Part shown: piece after piece, positions 1 to 10,073 of the stretch
Layout of the letters: each line of letters begins with the position of its first letter
How positions within the stretch are numbered: the stretch's first letter is position 1
NCBI GenBank assembly: GCA_036676985.1
Contig: JAKFBU010000027.1
Span: forward strand, 233,354-297,353
Length of the DNA: 64,000 nucleotides
Reading direction: 5' to 3'
Source of the DNA: Candidatus Sericytochromatia bacterium
Lineage (GTDB): Bacteria > Cyanobacteriota > Sericytochromatia > S15B-MN24 > UBA4093
Translations under genes and position numbers: made by a program
Notes under the pieces: generated by a model
Told to the model about the DNA's origin: nothing
Database searches by the model: none
What the model saw: only the letters and a program-made list of their open reading frames with translations

Positions 1-423
1 TGCAATCAACTTGTATTTCATTTGCTAATCCGCCACAAACTCTGGCGGCCTCCTGTGTCCCCATTATCATTTGCCCCCCATGATCCTCCGACCGTAGTTT
101 TTTCGGAGATTTATGACCTCTTAAACAAGCGGATCGTTGGGCAGGCATTGGATATACGGAATACATGGCCGGACGATCCGTACAAACTCCGGATGCCGGA
201 AGTCCGCGTTAGTACAACAATCAGTATCAACAGGAAGGGCGGCGAGTGAAACCGCAAATCAAGAGGTTACGCCCCTTACCTTTATAAGTATCCGTAGTTT
301 CTGCTCAGTAAGTAACGTATCGCGTAAGTCGACCACAAATGTTGAACCAAGCGAACACCTTGCACTTGATTAACCGGGTGACCCACAACTTGAGAGCGCC
401 GTAAGAACGGCAAGGAAGAGACC

Positions 424-1023
424 ATGAAAGCAACGAAACTGATGATGGTGGCCGCGAGCCTGCTGGTCGTCGGGAGCATCGCCTGGGCGCCCGCCACGCT
501 CGCCGCCAAGGGCCCCTCGATCGACTTCAGCTCGGACAGCAAGGTCTGGATGGAAGGCGATTCGACCATGCACGCCTACAAGGCGACCTCGAGCAAGTTC
601 AAGATCAACGCCGACCTCTCGGCGCCCAAGGTTCAGGATGCCAACCTCGCCGACCTCACGGTGGAGATCCCCGTCAAGTCCCTGAAGTCGGGTGAGGGCG
701 CTCTGGACACCAACCTCTACAAGACGATGGAGGCGAGCAAGTACCCGACCATCAAGTTCAACCTGAGCAACGCCAAGGTGAAGGTCTCGGGCTCGGGTGA
801 CGTGGACGTCAACGCCGAAGGCGTGCTGAACATCCACGGCCAGGAGAAGACGGTGGATCTGGTCGCCGAGGGCAAGGTCACCGGCAACACCATCCGCATC
901 AAGGGCAAGAAGGCCCTCTTGATGAGCGACTTCGGCGTCAAGCCGCCCAACCTGATGTTCGGTGCCATCAAGTGCTCCGACAAGATCACCGTCGGCTTCG
1001 ACCTGGTCGGCGAGATCAAGTAG
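424..1023 (+). CDS. yceI: YceI-family periplasmic polyisoprenoid-binding protein
   Basis: Signal peptide; motifs IPVKSLKSG, KYPTIKF, LNIHGQEK, DFGVKPP typical of YceI. Confidence 0.85.
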   Translation: MKATKLMMVAASLLVVGSIAWAPATLAAKGPSIDFSSDSKVWMEGDSTMHAYKATSSKFKINADLSAPKVQDANLADLTVEIPVKSLKSGEGALDTNLYKTMEASKYPTIKFNLSNAKVKVSGSGDVDVNAEGVLNIHGQEKTVDLVAEGKVTGNTIRIKGKKALLMSDFGVKPPNLMFGAIKCSDKITVGFDLVGEIK

Positions 1024-1053
1024 CGACAAGCGAACCTCCCACGGTTCCCGAGT

Positions 1054-1085
1054 GGCCCCGCCTGATGTCAGGCGGGGCCTTCTTG
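1054..1085 (+). terminator. Intrinsic terminator hairpin
   Basis: GGCCCCGCCTGA-TG-TCAGGCGGGGCC followed by a T-rich tract, after yceI. Confidence 0.7.
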
Positions 1086-1204
1086 TCTGAACGGAACAGG
1101 GAGCCGGTCTTCGGAGTGAGGGGGCCCATGAGCAAGGCGCCTCGTCGCGCCTGACGCCCTCTCTGCGGGCGTCGGGGCTTGGAGGCGCCCGCGAGCCGTT
1201 CCGG

Positions 1205-2101
1205 TTACACGTACGCGGTCTGGAAGGCGTCCCGGTTGGCCTGGACGAACTCCGCGAGGGCGCGCGCGGGATGTCCCGCGACGTCCGAGACCGTGCCCGT
1301 CAGGCCGGCGCTGCGACCGTCGCGCACCCGGGAAAAGGCCTCGACCAGGTCATCGGCGAACCAGCCCGGCAATCCGCTCTGCACCAGCGACGAGCGAACC
1401 TCCTCGGGAGGCGTCTCCACGCAGCGAATGTCGCGCTGCAGCCCCTCCGACAGGATGCGCGCCACGTCCGTGAACGACAGCTCTTCGGGACCCGTGAGCT
1501 CGTAGACGCGGTGGGCATGACCCGGCTCGACGAGGGCCGCCACGGCCACGTCCGCGATGTCCCGGACGTCCACGAGGGCCACCCGTCCGTTCCCGGGCGG
1601 GGCGAAGAAGACGTCCTCGGCCATGACGCTCGGGGCCACGACCAGCAACAGGGTCTGCATGAAGAAGCGAGGCCGAATGAAGGTATAGGGGACGCCGGAC
1701 TCCCGGATCGCCGCCTCGATGGTCCAGTTCCACTGGGCATGGACGAGGTCGGAGCCGGGCTCGGCCCCCAGATCCGAGATCTTCACGATCTGACGGACGC
1801 CGGCACGAGCCGCGGCGGCGATGGCCCGGCACTGGAGGGTGACCTGCTCGGCGGAGCCCGGCGTCACCAGGAAGAGGCGCGAGACGTCGCGACAGGCCCG
1901 CTCCAACAACTCGTCGTCGAGCGTGTCCCAGCAAACGGCGTCCATCCCGCGGGCCTCGAAGGCCTTCGCCAGGTGTGCGCTCGGCGTCAGCACCCGCAAT
2001 CGAATCTGGCGCTCGAGCAACCGCGCCATGACCTCTTCGCCGCCGTACTGGCCCAGGAGCTCCCCGCCCACGCGCCCCGACGCCCCTATCACCAGAATCA
2101 T
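1205..2101 (-). CDS. NmrA/SDR-like NAD(P)-binding oxidoreductase
   Basis: N-terminal GASGRVG Rossmann motif; YTFIRPRFFMQ; VDVRDIADVA; YELTGPE. Confidence 0.85.
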   Translation of the reverse strand: MILVIGASGRVGGELLGQYGGEEVMARLLERQIRLRVLTPSAHLAKAFEARGMDAVCWDTLDDELLERACRDVSRLFLVTPGSAEQVTLQCRAIAAAARAGVRQIVKISDLGAEPGSDLVHAQWNWTIEAAIRESGVPYTFIRPRFFMQTLLLVVAPSVMAEDVFFAPPGNGRVALVDVRDIADVAVAALVEPGHAHRVYELTGPEELSFTDVARILSEGLQRDIRCVETPPEEVRSSLVQSGLPGWFADDLVEAFSRVRDGRSAGLTGTVSDVAGHPARALAEFVQANRDAFQTAYV

Positions 2102-2556
2102 GGGTCACCTCCTCGTAAGGGACGCCGCGCGTCCCGGTGGCAATGCCGGAGCGCCGTCGGAGGCGCCTGCGTACAGTTGCACGACATGGCTGTATCACGT
2201 CGCGATTAGCGCAACTATCCGTTAGCACCACGGATCTTGGCCATGGAAAGGCGCGATCGACCCTTAAAGTGGGAAATGACGTAGATTTTACGGAACGCTG
2301 CCGTTACCTGGGGGCACAGGTGTCTCCATGACGCCACGGGGCACCGGGTGGCCGCCGCCCCTTGCGATCGCTCCCGGAAGCGGCTCATGAACCACGCGTA
2401 GCTTCTCCGCTTGACGCCCGCTACCCTGCACGATAGGTTGGACTATCACGGCGCGGCCGGCTCGCCGGACGATCGTCCCTCAGCCGACCTGAAACGCGCC
2501 ATCGCAAGCTTTGAAGCCCCGACACCCACCGTGTCCTATCAGGGAGAACGCACCAC

Positions 2557-3786
2557 ATGCAGAAGATCAAGGTGAAGAATCCCGTCGTCGAACTCGACGG
2601 CGACGAGATGACTCGCATCATCTGGAAGTTCATCAAGGAGAAGCTGATCCTTCCGTACCTGGACATCGACCTCAAGTACTACGACCTGGGGATCGAGTAC
2701 CGCGATCAGACCGACGACAAGGTCACGATCGAGGCGGCCGAGGCCATCAAGAAGTACGGCGTGGGCGTGAAGTGCGCCACCATCACTCCGGACGAGGCCC
2801 GCGTCAAGGAGTTCAACCTCAAGAAGATGTGGAAGTCGCCCAACGGCACGATCCGCAACATCCTGGACGGTACCGTCTTCCGCGAGCCCATCATCTGCAA
2901 GAACGTGCCCCGCCTGGTGCCGGGCTGGACGCAGCCGATCGTCATCGGCCGTCACGCCTTCGGCGACCAGTACCGCGCCACCGACTTCGTCGTGCCGGGC
3001 GCCGGCAAGCTGACCATGAAGTTCGAGGGCGCCGACGGCAAGGTCATCGAGCACGAGGTCTTCACCTTCCCCGGCGGCGGCGTGGCAATGGGCATGTACA
3101 ACCTGGACGAGTCGATCCGCGGCTTCGCCCGGGCCTGCATGAACTACGGCCTCCAGAAGAAGTGGCCCGTCTACCTCTCGACCAAGAACACGATCCTCAA
3201 GGCCTACGACGGCCGCTTCAAGGACCTGTTCCAGGAAGTGTTCGACCAGGAGTTCAAGGCCAAGTTCGACGAGCTCGGCATCACCTACGAGCACCGCCTC
3301 ATCGACGACATGGTCGCGGCCGCCCTCAAGTGGTCGGGCGGGTTCGTCTGGGCCTGCAAGAACTACGACGGCGACGTCCAGTCCGACACCGTCGCCCAGG
3401 GCTTCGGCTCCTTGGGCCTCATGACCTCGGTGCTCCTGAGCCCCGACGGCAAGACGGTCGAGGCCGAGGCGGCCCACGGCACGGTGACTCGCCACTACCG
3501 CGAGTACCAGAAGGGCAAGGAGACCTCGACCAACCCGATCGCCTCGATCTTCGCCTGGACCCGCGGCCTCTACTACCGCGCCCAGTTCGACGGCACCCCC
3601 GAGGTGGCCAAGTTCGCCACCTCGCTCGAGGAGGTCTGCGTCGAGACCGTCGAGTCGGGCTTCATGACCAAGGACCTGGCCATCCTCATCGGCCCGGATC
3701 AGCCCTGGCTCACGACCAACCAGTTCCTCGACAAGCTCGACGAGAACCTCAAGAAGAAGATGGGCCTCGCGGCCACCGTCTCCTAA
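2557..3786 (+). CDS. icd: NADP-dependent isocitrate dehydrogenase
   Basis: [45 protein letters not shown] motifs. Confidence 0.97.
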   Translation: MQKIKVKNPVVELDGDEMTRIIWKFIKEKLILPYLDIDLKYYDLGIEYRDQTDDKVTIEAAEAIKKYGVGVKCATITPDEARVKEFNLKKMWKSPNGTIRNILDGTVFREPIICKNVPRLVPGWTQPIVIGRHAFGDQYRATDFVVPGAGKLTMKFEGADGKVIEHEVFTFPGGGVAMGMYNLDESIRGFARACMNYGLQKKWPVYLSTKNTILKAYDGRFKDLFQEVFDQEFKAKFDELGITYEHRLIDDMVAAALKWSGGFVWACKNYDGDVQSDTVAQGFGSLGLMTSVLLSPDGKTVEAEAAHGTVTRHYREYQKGKETSTNPIASIFAWTRGLYYRAQFDGTPEVAKFATSLEEVCVETVESGFMTKDLAILIGPDQPWLTTNQFLDKLDENLKKKMGLAATVS

Positions 3787-3799
3787 CCGGTCGTAACGC

Positions 3800-3832
3800 C
3801 GAAGGCACCCCCCGGATCGGGGGGTGCCTTCG
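3800..3832. terminator. Hairpin between convergent genes
   Basis: CGAAGGCACCCCCC-GGATC-GGGGGGTGCCTTCG. Confidence 0.7.
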
Positions 3833-3855
3833 CGTTGGGGCCTTGGGCTCGCCGG

Positions 3856-4668
3856 CTACGCCGCGGTGCCGAACCGGAAGCTCGAGACCACGATGCCGCC
3901 GAAGAAGTCGTCCTGATGGTAGACGCAGGCGCCCGGCTCCGCTTCGGCCGCGCCGACGACGACCATCAGGGGCAGCAGGTGGTCCTCCTGGGGATGGCAT
4001 TGGCGGGCGGCGGGCGCCTCGGTCCAGTGCTCGAGCCGCTCGGTCCGCACGTCCGGCTCCGAGCGGGTGAGGACCTGCTGGAGCCAGCCGTCGAACTGGC
4101 GAGAGGGCTCATGGGCCTGCGGGCCGAAGTTGCGGAGGTTGTGGTAGCTCACGCCGCTGCCGACGATGAGCACGCCTTCTTCCCGCAACGGCGCCAGGGC
4201 GCGACCGATCGCCACGTGGACCGCCGGGTCGTAGTCCGCCCTGAGCGAGAGCTGGACCACGGGGACGTCCGCCTCGGGATACATCACCACCAGCGGCACG
4301 AACGTGCCGTGGTCAAACCCCCGGCGCGGATCCTGGCGCGCCTCGATCCCGGCGTCCACCAACAGCGACTGCACCCGTGCGGCGACCTCGGGCGATCCCG
4401 GGGCGGCATACTTGACGCTGTAGGTATGAGGTGGGAAACCGCCGTAATCGTAGATCATGGGCGGGTGTTCGCCCGAGGAGACGGTGACCTCCCGCTCCTC
4501 CCAGTGACCCGTGATGACGAGCACCGCCTTGGGGCGCGTCCCCAGCTCGCGGACCATGGCTTCCAGCGAGGCCTTGAGCTCGGTGAACATGGGAGCCCAG
4601 TCTTCCATGTACGGCCAGGGGCCGCCACCATGCGATACGTAATACGTCGGCAATTTGCTGGACGACAT
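3856..4668 (-). CDS. DODA/LigB-type class III extradiol dioxygenase
   Basis: SHGGG, TGHWE, RGFDHG, GSGVSYHNL, HPQEDHLLP motifs. Confidence 0.9.
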   Translation of the reverse strand: MSSSKLPTYYVSHGGGPWPYMEDWAPMFTELKASLEAMVRELGTRPKAVLVITGHWEEREVTVSSGEHPPMIYDYGGFPPHTYSVKYAAPGSPEVAARVQSLLVDAGIEARQDPRRGFDHGTFVPLVVMYPEADVPVVQLSLRADYDPAVHVAIGRALAPLREEGVLIVGSGVSYHNLRNFGPQAHEPSRQFDGWLQQVLTRSEPDVRTERLEHWTEAPAARQCHPQEDHLLPLMVVVGAAEAEPGACVYHQDDFFGGIVVSSFRFGTAA

Positions 4669-4723
4669 GGGACCTCCTCGCCCGCAAGGGGATGACCCGA
4701 TGCCTTCGGGCTACGGTCCCACT

Positions 4724-4743
4724 ATAGTACTAGTTAGAACTAT
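4724..4743. promoter_or_regulatory. Imperfect palindrome, candidate operator upstream of the dioxygenase
   Basis: ATAGTACTAGTTAGAACTAT, AT-rich dyad immediately adjacent to a minus-strand TTGACG. Confidence 0.45.
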
Positions 4744-4776
4744 CGTCAAGCAGAGCCGTCCGCTCGGGCTCGGGTC

Positions 4777-5268
4777 TTACGAGCCAAGCCTGCGATACCC
4801 CTGGTAGTACAGGAGCGGGTCGTTCGGATCGAGCACGCGCAGCCCGATCACCTCTCCGACGAACAACGTATGGTCGCCGCCGTCGTATTCCGCCCACGTG
4901 CGGCACGCCAGGTTGGCCATGCCAGTGGCGAGCATGGGGATGTCCTCGTGCCAGTCGTAGGCGAGCTGGGCCTCGACTTCCGGCGTGCGCTTGCCGGCAA
5001 AGTAGTTTGAGAGGTGCTCATGCTCGCTCTTCAGCACCGTGATGCCGAAGCGCCGGGACTCCTGAAGGAAGCCATGCATGGCGGATCCCTTGCCCACCGA
5101 CACCAGCACCAGGGCCGGCGACAGCGACACGGACGTGAAGGAATTGGCCGTCATGCCGACGACCTCCTCGCCCTTGGTCGTCGTGACGACCGTGACCCCG
5201 GTGGCGAATGTGCCCATGGCCTTGCGGAAATCGGCACTCTCGAAGGTGGTGGAAATCGGAGCAGTCAT
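4777..5268 (-). CDS. Flavin reductase family protein
   Basis: FRKAMGTFATGVTVVT, GMTANSFTSVSL, GGDHTLFVGEV. Confidence 0.92.
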   Translation of the reverse strand: MTAPISTTFESADFRKAMGTFATGVTVVTTTKGEEVVGMTANSFTSVSLSPALVLVSVGKGSAMHGFLQESRRFGITVLKSEHEHLSNYFAGKRTPEVEAQLAYDWHEDIPMLATGMANLACRTWAEYDGGDHTLFVGEVIGLRVLDPNDPLLYYQGYRRLGS

Positions 5269-5600
5269 GAAACGGTCCCTTCTAGGCGGGTAGCGCTGGC
5301 AAGCGGCCTCTGTCGTCAGCCCGCCGGCCTTGATGTAAGTGGGGTTGAGCGTTGGTGCGCCCGAGCAGGCTCAAGCCATCCGAGCGTCCCTGAAATTGTA
5401 GCACTCGCCGTGGCGGGCCACACCATTTCCACAGCCCACAGCTGATGACCGGGACTTCATCTCCCGGCCCGATCAGACACCGACCAGCTCCTCACAGACC
5501 CGACTGCCTGGGCATGGGCGGGAACTTCCGAGCCATCCCGGCGGTCATGAGCTGAAAGCGGCGAGCCAGGGCTCGCAAAGCAACGGAGCGAGGAGGGACC

Positions 5601-5951
5601 ATGGGTATCGACGGCCTTTCGGGTGGGGGCATGCGCTCGCTGCAGGCCTGGCAAGTTCGGCGCGAGGCCAAGCAGGTCGCGGAGCCTGATCCCCGCGAGT
5701 TCATGGAGTTGGTGGCCGACGTGCCGGGCATGGAGGCGCCGGGCGGCATGAGCGGGGTAGCGGCGCTGGAGGCTTCGCGTCGGCTCGAAGAGCTCCGGAA
5801 GACCACCATCCCGGACGTGGCGGCGATCGACCAGGCAGGTCTGAGCCAGCACAACTTCGTCAACCTCGAGATGCAGACGCTGCCCAAGCTCTGGCAGGAC
5901 GACAACCAGGTCCGCTCGCGGACCCTCCGGGACATGCTGGACGGTCGATGA
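5601..5951 (+). CDS. Hypothetical protein
   Basis: GAGGAGG RBS upstream and GC3-biased codons; no family recognised. Confidence 0.6.
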   Translation: MGIDGLSGGGMRSLQAWQVRREAKQVAEPDPREFMELVADVPGMEAPGGMSGVAALEASRRLEELRKTTIPDVAAIDQAGLSQHNFVNLEMQTLPKLWQDDNQVRSRTLRDMLDGR

Positions 5952-6028
5952 ACAGCCTGGATGGCTGGTCACACCTAGAAGGGTCGGACCGGGGCCCAAG
6001 GGCCCGGATGCATGGCTGAGCCTCACGC

Positions 6029-6058
6029 TTGACATGCAAGTCACGGCTTGCATATTAT
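6029..6058 (+). promoter_or_regulatory. Sigma70-like promoter with overlapping ArsR-type operator
   Basis: TTGACA...TATTAT with palindrome ATGCAAG-N6-CTTGCAT (6034-6053). Confidence 0.65.
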
Positions 6059-6080
6059 GGACCAGGAGATCTGCTGGAAG

Positions 6081-6374
6081 ATGCCTGATCCTGATGACGA
6101 CGTATACCGAGCCATTGCCGACCCGACCCGCCGAGCCCTCATGGACGTGCTCAGCGAGCGCGGGGGGCAGACGTTGTTCGAACTATGCTCCCGGCTGGTC
6201 ATGCAGCATGGGGTCAGTTCGACGCGACAGGCCATCTCCCAGCACCTGGAGGTGCTGGAGGCCGCGGGCATCGTCGTGTCCAAGCGTGAAGGCCGGACGA
6301 AGCTCCACTGGTTCGACGGCGCACCGCTCAGACACATCCTGGAGCGGTGGCCCATCCCCCCTCGACAGGAGTGA
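6081..6374 (+). CDS. ArsR/SmtB-family regulator
   Basis: AIADPTRR, RQAISQHLEVLEAAGIV, REGR. Confidence 0.88.
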   Translation: MPDPDDDVYRAIADPTRRALMDVLSERGGQTLFELCSRLVMQHGVSSTRQAISQHLEVLEAAGIVVSKREGRTKLHWFDGAPLRHILERWPIPPRQE

Positions 6375-6377
6375 CCC

Positions 6378-6770
6378 ATGAGAATCTACGTAACCTCGGT
6401 CTTCGTGGACGACCAGTCCAAGGCGCTCACCTTCTACACCGACGTCCTCGGGTTCCGGAAAAAGCACGACATTCCGCTCGGCGAGCACTCGTGGCTCACG
6501 GTGGTGTCCCCCGAGAATCCGGAAGGGACGGAATTGCTGCTCGAGCCCGACGTCCACCCGGCGGCGAGGGCGTATAAGCAGGCACTCGTGGAGGACGGCA
6601 TCCCCTGTGCCTCCTTTGCGGTCGACGATGTTCCGGCGGAGCACACCCGGCTCTCGGGGCTGGGCGTACGCTTCACCCAGCCCCCACTCGACATGGGGAA
6701 CGTCGTGACGGCGGTCTTCGATGACACGTGCGGGAACTTGATCCAGATCGTCCAGATGAAGGCGGCCTAA
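6378..6770 (+). CDS. VOC/glyoxalase family protein
   Basis: SVFVDDQSKALTFYTDVLGF, FDDTCGNLIQI. Confidence 0.9.
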   Translation: MRIYVTSVFVDDQSKALTFYTDVLGFRKKHDIPLGEHSWLTVVSPENPEGTELLLEPDVHPAARAYKQALVEDGIPCASFAVDDVPAEHTRLSGLGVRFTQPPLDMGNVVTAVFDDTCGNLIQIVQMKAA

Positions 6771-7143
6771 GGGAGCCAGCGAATTGGGTGAGCGGCGGCA
6801 GATGAAGGCGGCAACGCCGTGAATTCGCCCGTACGCTGAGCACGAAACAGCAAGGGAGCCTGGTGGATGACCCACCGGGCTCCCTTGTTGTTCGTGCGCT
6901 TGCCGGGAGGGTCTGGGATCTCGACTTACCCCAATGCTGTCGACTATGGGTCCTGGCGTCCCATTCGGAATCAAGCGGGCTCAATGGAGGAAGGAGAGCT
7001 AGGCAGTTCCAGAAGGGCACTAGCGACGCTGGGTAACAGGAACGTCATTCATCCTGATATTGTTCCGGGTCCTGGATCGGCCCTAGAAAGGGGGAGGTTG
7101 CGGGAGCAACGAGGCAACGCTCGACAAGGACAGAGGGGTGAGC

Positions 7144-8601
7144 ATGAGAAGAGGAAGGATACGTCTGCTTGTTTTGTCTGCGGCGTTCGCCGGGATCGTG
7201 TCCTGCGCCGTTAGCACGGCATGGCCTACCGCCGCGTCCTACAGGCCGGCGTCCGCCTCGGCATCGCCGACCTCGACTCCCATCGAGACGATTGGATCCT
7301 TCGAGGACGTGGTGGTCGATGGAAACGTCACCGATTCCTATTTCAGCCTGGCGGTCGACATCAACAAGGACGGAAGGTTCGACATCGTCAAGCTGAATCT
7401 GGGGCTCGCTGCCGGGGCACGAGGGCCGAACGATCCTCCGCAGGACCAGCCGGGCCAGATCGTGTGGTACGAGAATCCGAGCTGGAAGAAGCGTGAGATA
7501 GCGAGCCTGTCCGTTCCGGTCAGCATGCACCATGCGGATGTAGACGGTGACGGCTACCAGGACCTGGTCGTGGGTGACCAATATGGGCTTTGCATCTTCA
7601 AGTGCAAGCCAGAGAACGGGCGCATCGCATGGTTACGGAACCCCGGAGCGAACGCCAGCGCGACCTGGAGCCTCCACCCCATCGGGCACCTGATGGCGGT
7701 TCATCGCCTGAGGTTTGGTCACTTCACGCAGGACCGGTCACTAGAGCTCATGGCGTTTCCAGTTGTCGGCGGTACGGATGGTGACGTGCATGCGCCGCTG
7801 AAAGTCTTGCTGTTTTCCAGGCCGAGCAACGTCCTCGATGCCAAGCAGTGGCCAAGCACCATCGCAAACGACACGGTGCGAGCCATGCACGGTGAAACGG
7901 TCGGCAAGTTCTCAGGAACGGGCTCGCGCCTCGATTCCGTCCTGCTGGCAAGTGAAGAAGGCATTTCCCTGCTGCGGTACTTGCCCAACGGAACGTGGGC
8001 CACGACCAACATCGCACAAGGAGAGCCGGCAGACACGACCTCGCGGAATCCGATCCAATGGAAGGGGAGTGGTGACGTGGACGTGGGCAAGGTCGGCGCG
8101 GACAACACGGCCTATATTGTCGCGCTGGAGCCCTTCCACGGGAAAAAGCTCGTCGTGTACACGAAGGCTGACCAACCTCAGGTGGATCCGAATAACCCGA
8201 TCGGGAGCGCCCGATGGACCAGAAGGGTCCTCGATACCTTTGGAACGACCCAACCCAAAACGGATGAGGGCCCGGGCCACCATGTGCTGACCGGCGACTT
8301 CGATGGGGACGGAAGCGACGAGTTCCTCGTGGCGTTACGAGGGCCCATGCCGACCCAAGGGGTGTATCTGTACAAGGTGGTCGATCTTGCCGCGGGCAAG
8401 TTCGTCCGGCAGCGACTTTCCACCATCTCTGCCAGTCGCCTGGCGATCGCGGACTTCGATGGCGATGGTCGGCTCGATGTTGCCAGCGTTCCCTACGTGG
8501 TGACGACCTTCTTCAAGGCACAAGACCCCAAGGTGATGCTGTATTTGAATCGCACCCCTCATGCCAGGCCGGCGGTCAGGGCCGACTTCGTGAAGCCATA
8601 G
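7144..8601 (+). CDS. Secreted FG-GAP beta-propeller resembling the aldos-2-ulose dehydratase N-terminal domain
   Basis: Signal peptide; DxDGDG repeats; HRLRFGHFTQ, GSGDVDVG, EPFHG, GPGHHV motifs. Confidence 0.7.
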   Translation: MRRGRIRLLVLSAAFAGIVSCAVSTAWPTAASYRPASASASPTSTPIETIGSFEDVVVDGNVTDSYFSLAVDINKDGRFDIVKLNLGLAAGARGPNDPPQDQPGQIVWYENPSWKKREIASLSVPVSMHHADVDGDGYQDLVVGDQYGLCIFKCKPENGRIAWLRNPGANASATWSLHPIGHLMAVHRLRFGHFTQDRSLELMAFPVVGGTDGDVHAPLKVLLFSRPSNVLDAKQWPSTIANDTVRAMHGETVGKFSGTGSRLDSVLLASEEGISLLRYLPNGTWATTNIAQGEPADTTSRNPIQWKGSGDVDVGKVGADNTAYIVALEPFHGKKLVVYTKADQPQVDPNNPIGSARWTRRVLDTFGTTQPKTDEGPGHHVLTGDFDGDGSDEFLVALRGPMPTQGVYLYKVVDLAAGKFVRQRLSTISASRLAIADFDGDGRLDVASVPYVVTTFFKAQDPKVMLYLNRTPHARPAVRADFVKP

Positions 8602-8617
8602 GGTTCTCCGCCGTACC

Positions 8618-8657
8618 AAAAAAGGGGCCCAGTAACCCGGAGCGTTACTGGGCCCCT
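8618..8657. terminator. Terminator hairpin (U-tract on the minus strand)
   Basis: A6-GGGGCCCAGTAAC...GTTACTGGGCCCC. Confidence 0.7.
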
Positions 8658-8660
8658 AAA

Positions 8661-8686
8661 TACCCGCAACGGGACAGTGATCGAAC
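8661..8686 (-). repeat. Degenerate copy of the tRNA-Glu 3' end (att-like)
   Basis: Minus strand GTTCGA-tcactg-TCCCGTTGCGGGTA vs tRNA GTTCGA-C-TCCCGTCGGGGGTA (12/14 in the terminal part). Confidence 0.4.
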
Positions 8687-8796
8687 GTTTGTGGTCCACT
8701 TCATCGCGGCCCTGACCGAGCCCGATGCTCCCGCCGGACAGGATGGATCTGACTGGCATTCGAGCACTGTGACGGACGAGGTGCTACCATTGCGGC

Positions 8797-9858
8797 ATGT
8801 TGCCGACCGCCGCCGCCATCACCCAAGCTCTGCACGCCGAAGGGTTCCTGCAAGCTGGCGAAGTTGTCGCCGTCGAAGTGGTCGAATCGTTTCAAGCACT
8901 TGCCACCGCTGTCTACCGGTGCCGGCTTCGTTATCGCGACGAGACCTCGCAGGGCATGCCCGAGACCATGATTTGCAAGGTCTATGGCCCCGAGTGGTAC
9001 CAGCGTGGAGGGTTGCAGGAAGTCCTGGCTTATCGGCAGATCACAGCGGCACTGCGCCTATCCATCGCCCCCACGCTCTACGGCCTCATCGACGATCCAG
9101 CCGCTGAGACCTGCGTGCTCTTGATCGAGGATCTCGAAACTTGCCATCAGCCGGTCGCATCGCCCATGGCCGATGCTTGGCTGGACCTCCTCGTGGACAC
9201 CCTGGCCGACTTCCATGCCCAGTGGTGGGAGGATCCTGTGCTTCATACCGCAGCCTTCCTCCAGCCGGAGGACACCGTGATGCGCATGGCGCAGGCGATT
9301 TCGCCCCAAGGGATTCAGGCAAACGCGGCATCAGCGAGAATTGCCGTCTCGCGCTTCCGGTCGGAGTATGGATCTGAGCTCAGCGAGGAAGAAGCTCACC
9401 TCCTCGCGCGACTGGACGCTCGATGGGCTGGCGCTTTCATCGAGCGTACCGTCGACCAACGTGGCCTGACCCTGCTGCATGGCGATTTTCACCTCCTCGG
9501 CAACGTCTTCACCGCCAGGCAACCCGACGCGGTCAGCCCGATCAAAGTCATCGACTGGGGCCAGGTCAAGCGTGGCCTGGGGCCGCACGACCTGATGTTC
9601 GCCTTGCTGTCGGTTGACGCTGTGGACCGCCGAAGCCGTGACCTCGAGTTGCTGCGGCGTTATCACCAACGACTCCTGGCGCGAGGAGTCAATCACTATG
9701 GCTGGGACCAGTGTCTCTGGGACTATCGCTTCTCCCTCCTTACGAACGTCTACCAATCGATCTTTCAGGGGAGCTTGCGATGGTTCAGGAGAACGCTCGA
9801 TGTGGTCGACCTCTGGGAGGCGCAAGAGCTGCTCAATGGGAGCGCGAACACGATCTAG
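8797..9858 (+). CDS. Aminoglycoside/choline/ecdysteroid kinase-like phosphotransferase
   Basis: LLIEDL, TLLHGDFHLLGN (Brenner motif), VIDWG. Confidence 0.8.
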   Translation: MLPTAAAITQALHAEGFLQAGEVVAVEVVESFQALATAVYRCRLRYRDETSQGMPETMICKVYGPEWYQRGGLQEVLAYRQITAALRLSIAPTLYGLIDDPAAETCVLLIEDLETCHQPVASPMADAWLDLLVDTLADFHAQWWEDPVLHTAAFLQPEDTVMRMAQAISPQGIQANAASARIAVSRFRSEYGSELSEEEAHLLARLDARWAGAFIERTVDQRGLTLLHGDFHLLGNVFTARQPDAVSPIKVIDWGQVKRGLGPHDLMFALLSVDAVDRRSRDLELLRRYHQRLLARGVNHYGWDQCLWDYRFSLLTNVYQSIFQGSLRWFRRTLDVVDLWEAQELLNGSANTI

Positions 9859-9883
9859 CCTGCCGATGCTCGAACGCCCAACG

Positions 9884-9919
9884 AAAAAGGCCTCGACTCA
9901 ATTCACTTGAGTCGAGGCC
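9884..9919 (-). terminator. Terminator downstream of tRNA-Glu
   Basis: GGCCTCGACTCAA-N5-TTGAGTCGAGGCC plus U5 on the minus strand. Confidence 0.8.
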
Positions 9920-9925
9920 AATTAG

Positions 9926-9997
9926 TACCCCCGACGGGAGTCGAACCCGTCCTACCACCTTGAAAGGGTGGTGTCCTAACCGATAGACCACGGGGGC
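9926..9997 (-). tRNA. tRNA-Glu(TTC), CCA not encoded
   Basis: GCCCCCG acceptor stem, CCACC-CTTTCAA-GGTGG anticodon arm, GGTTCGACTCC T-arm. Confidence 0.95.
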
Positions 9998-10073
9998 TAG
10001 GACGTGCGCCCGTTCAGCGCGCGTTTATCTAAGATAGTACAAATGCTGGCCAGTTTCAAGCCCATCGAAGCGA

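Noticed and set aside
1-420. AT-richer non-coding stretch with scattered ATCCGTA-like words
   Set aside because: No regular spacing, DnaA boxes or recognisable RNA fold; probably promoter DNA
5353-5377. Sequence resembling a tRNA 3' end on the minus strand (..CTCGGGCGCACCA)
   Set aside because: Does not match either tRNA in the window, the T-loop is degenerate, and it may be chance
6954-6976. Another tRNA-end-like word on the minus strand (..GGGACGCCA)
   Set aside because: Too short and divergent to call an att site
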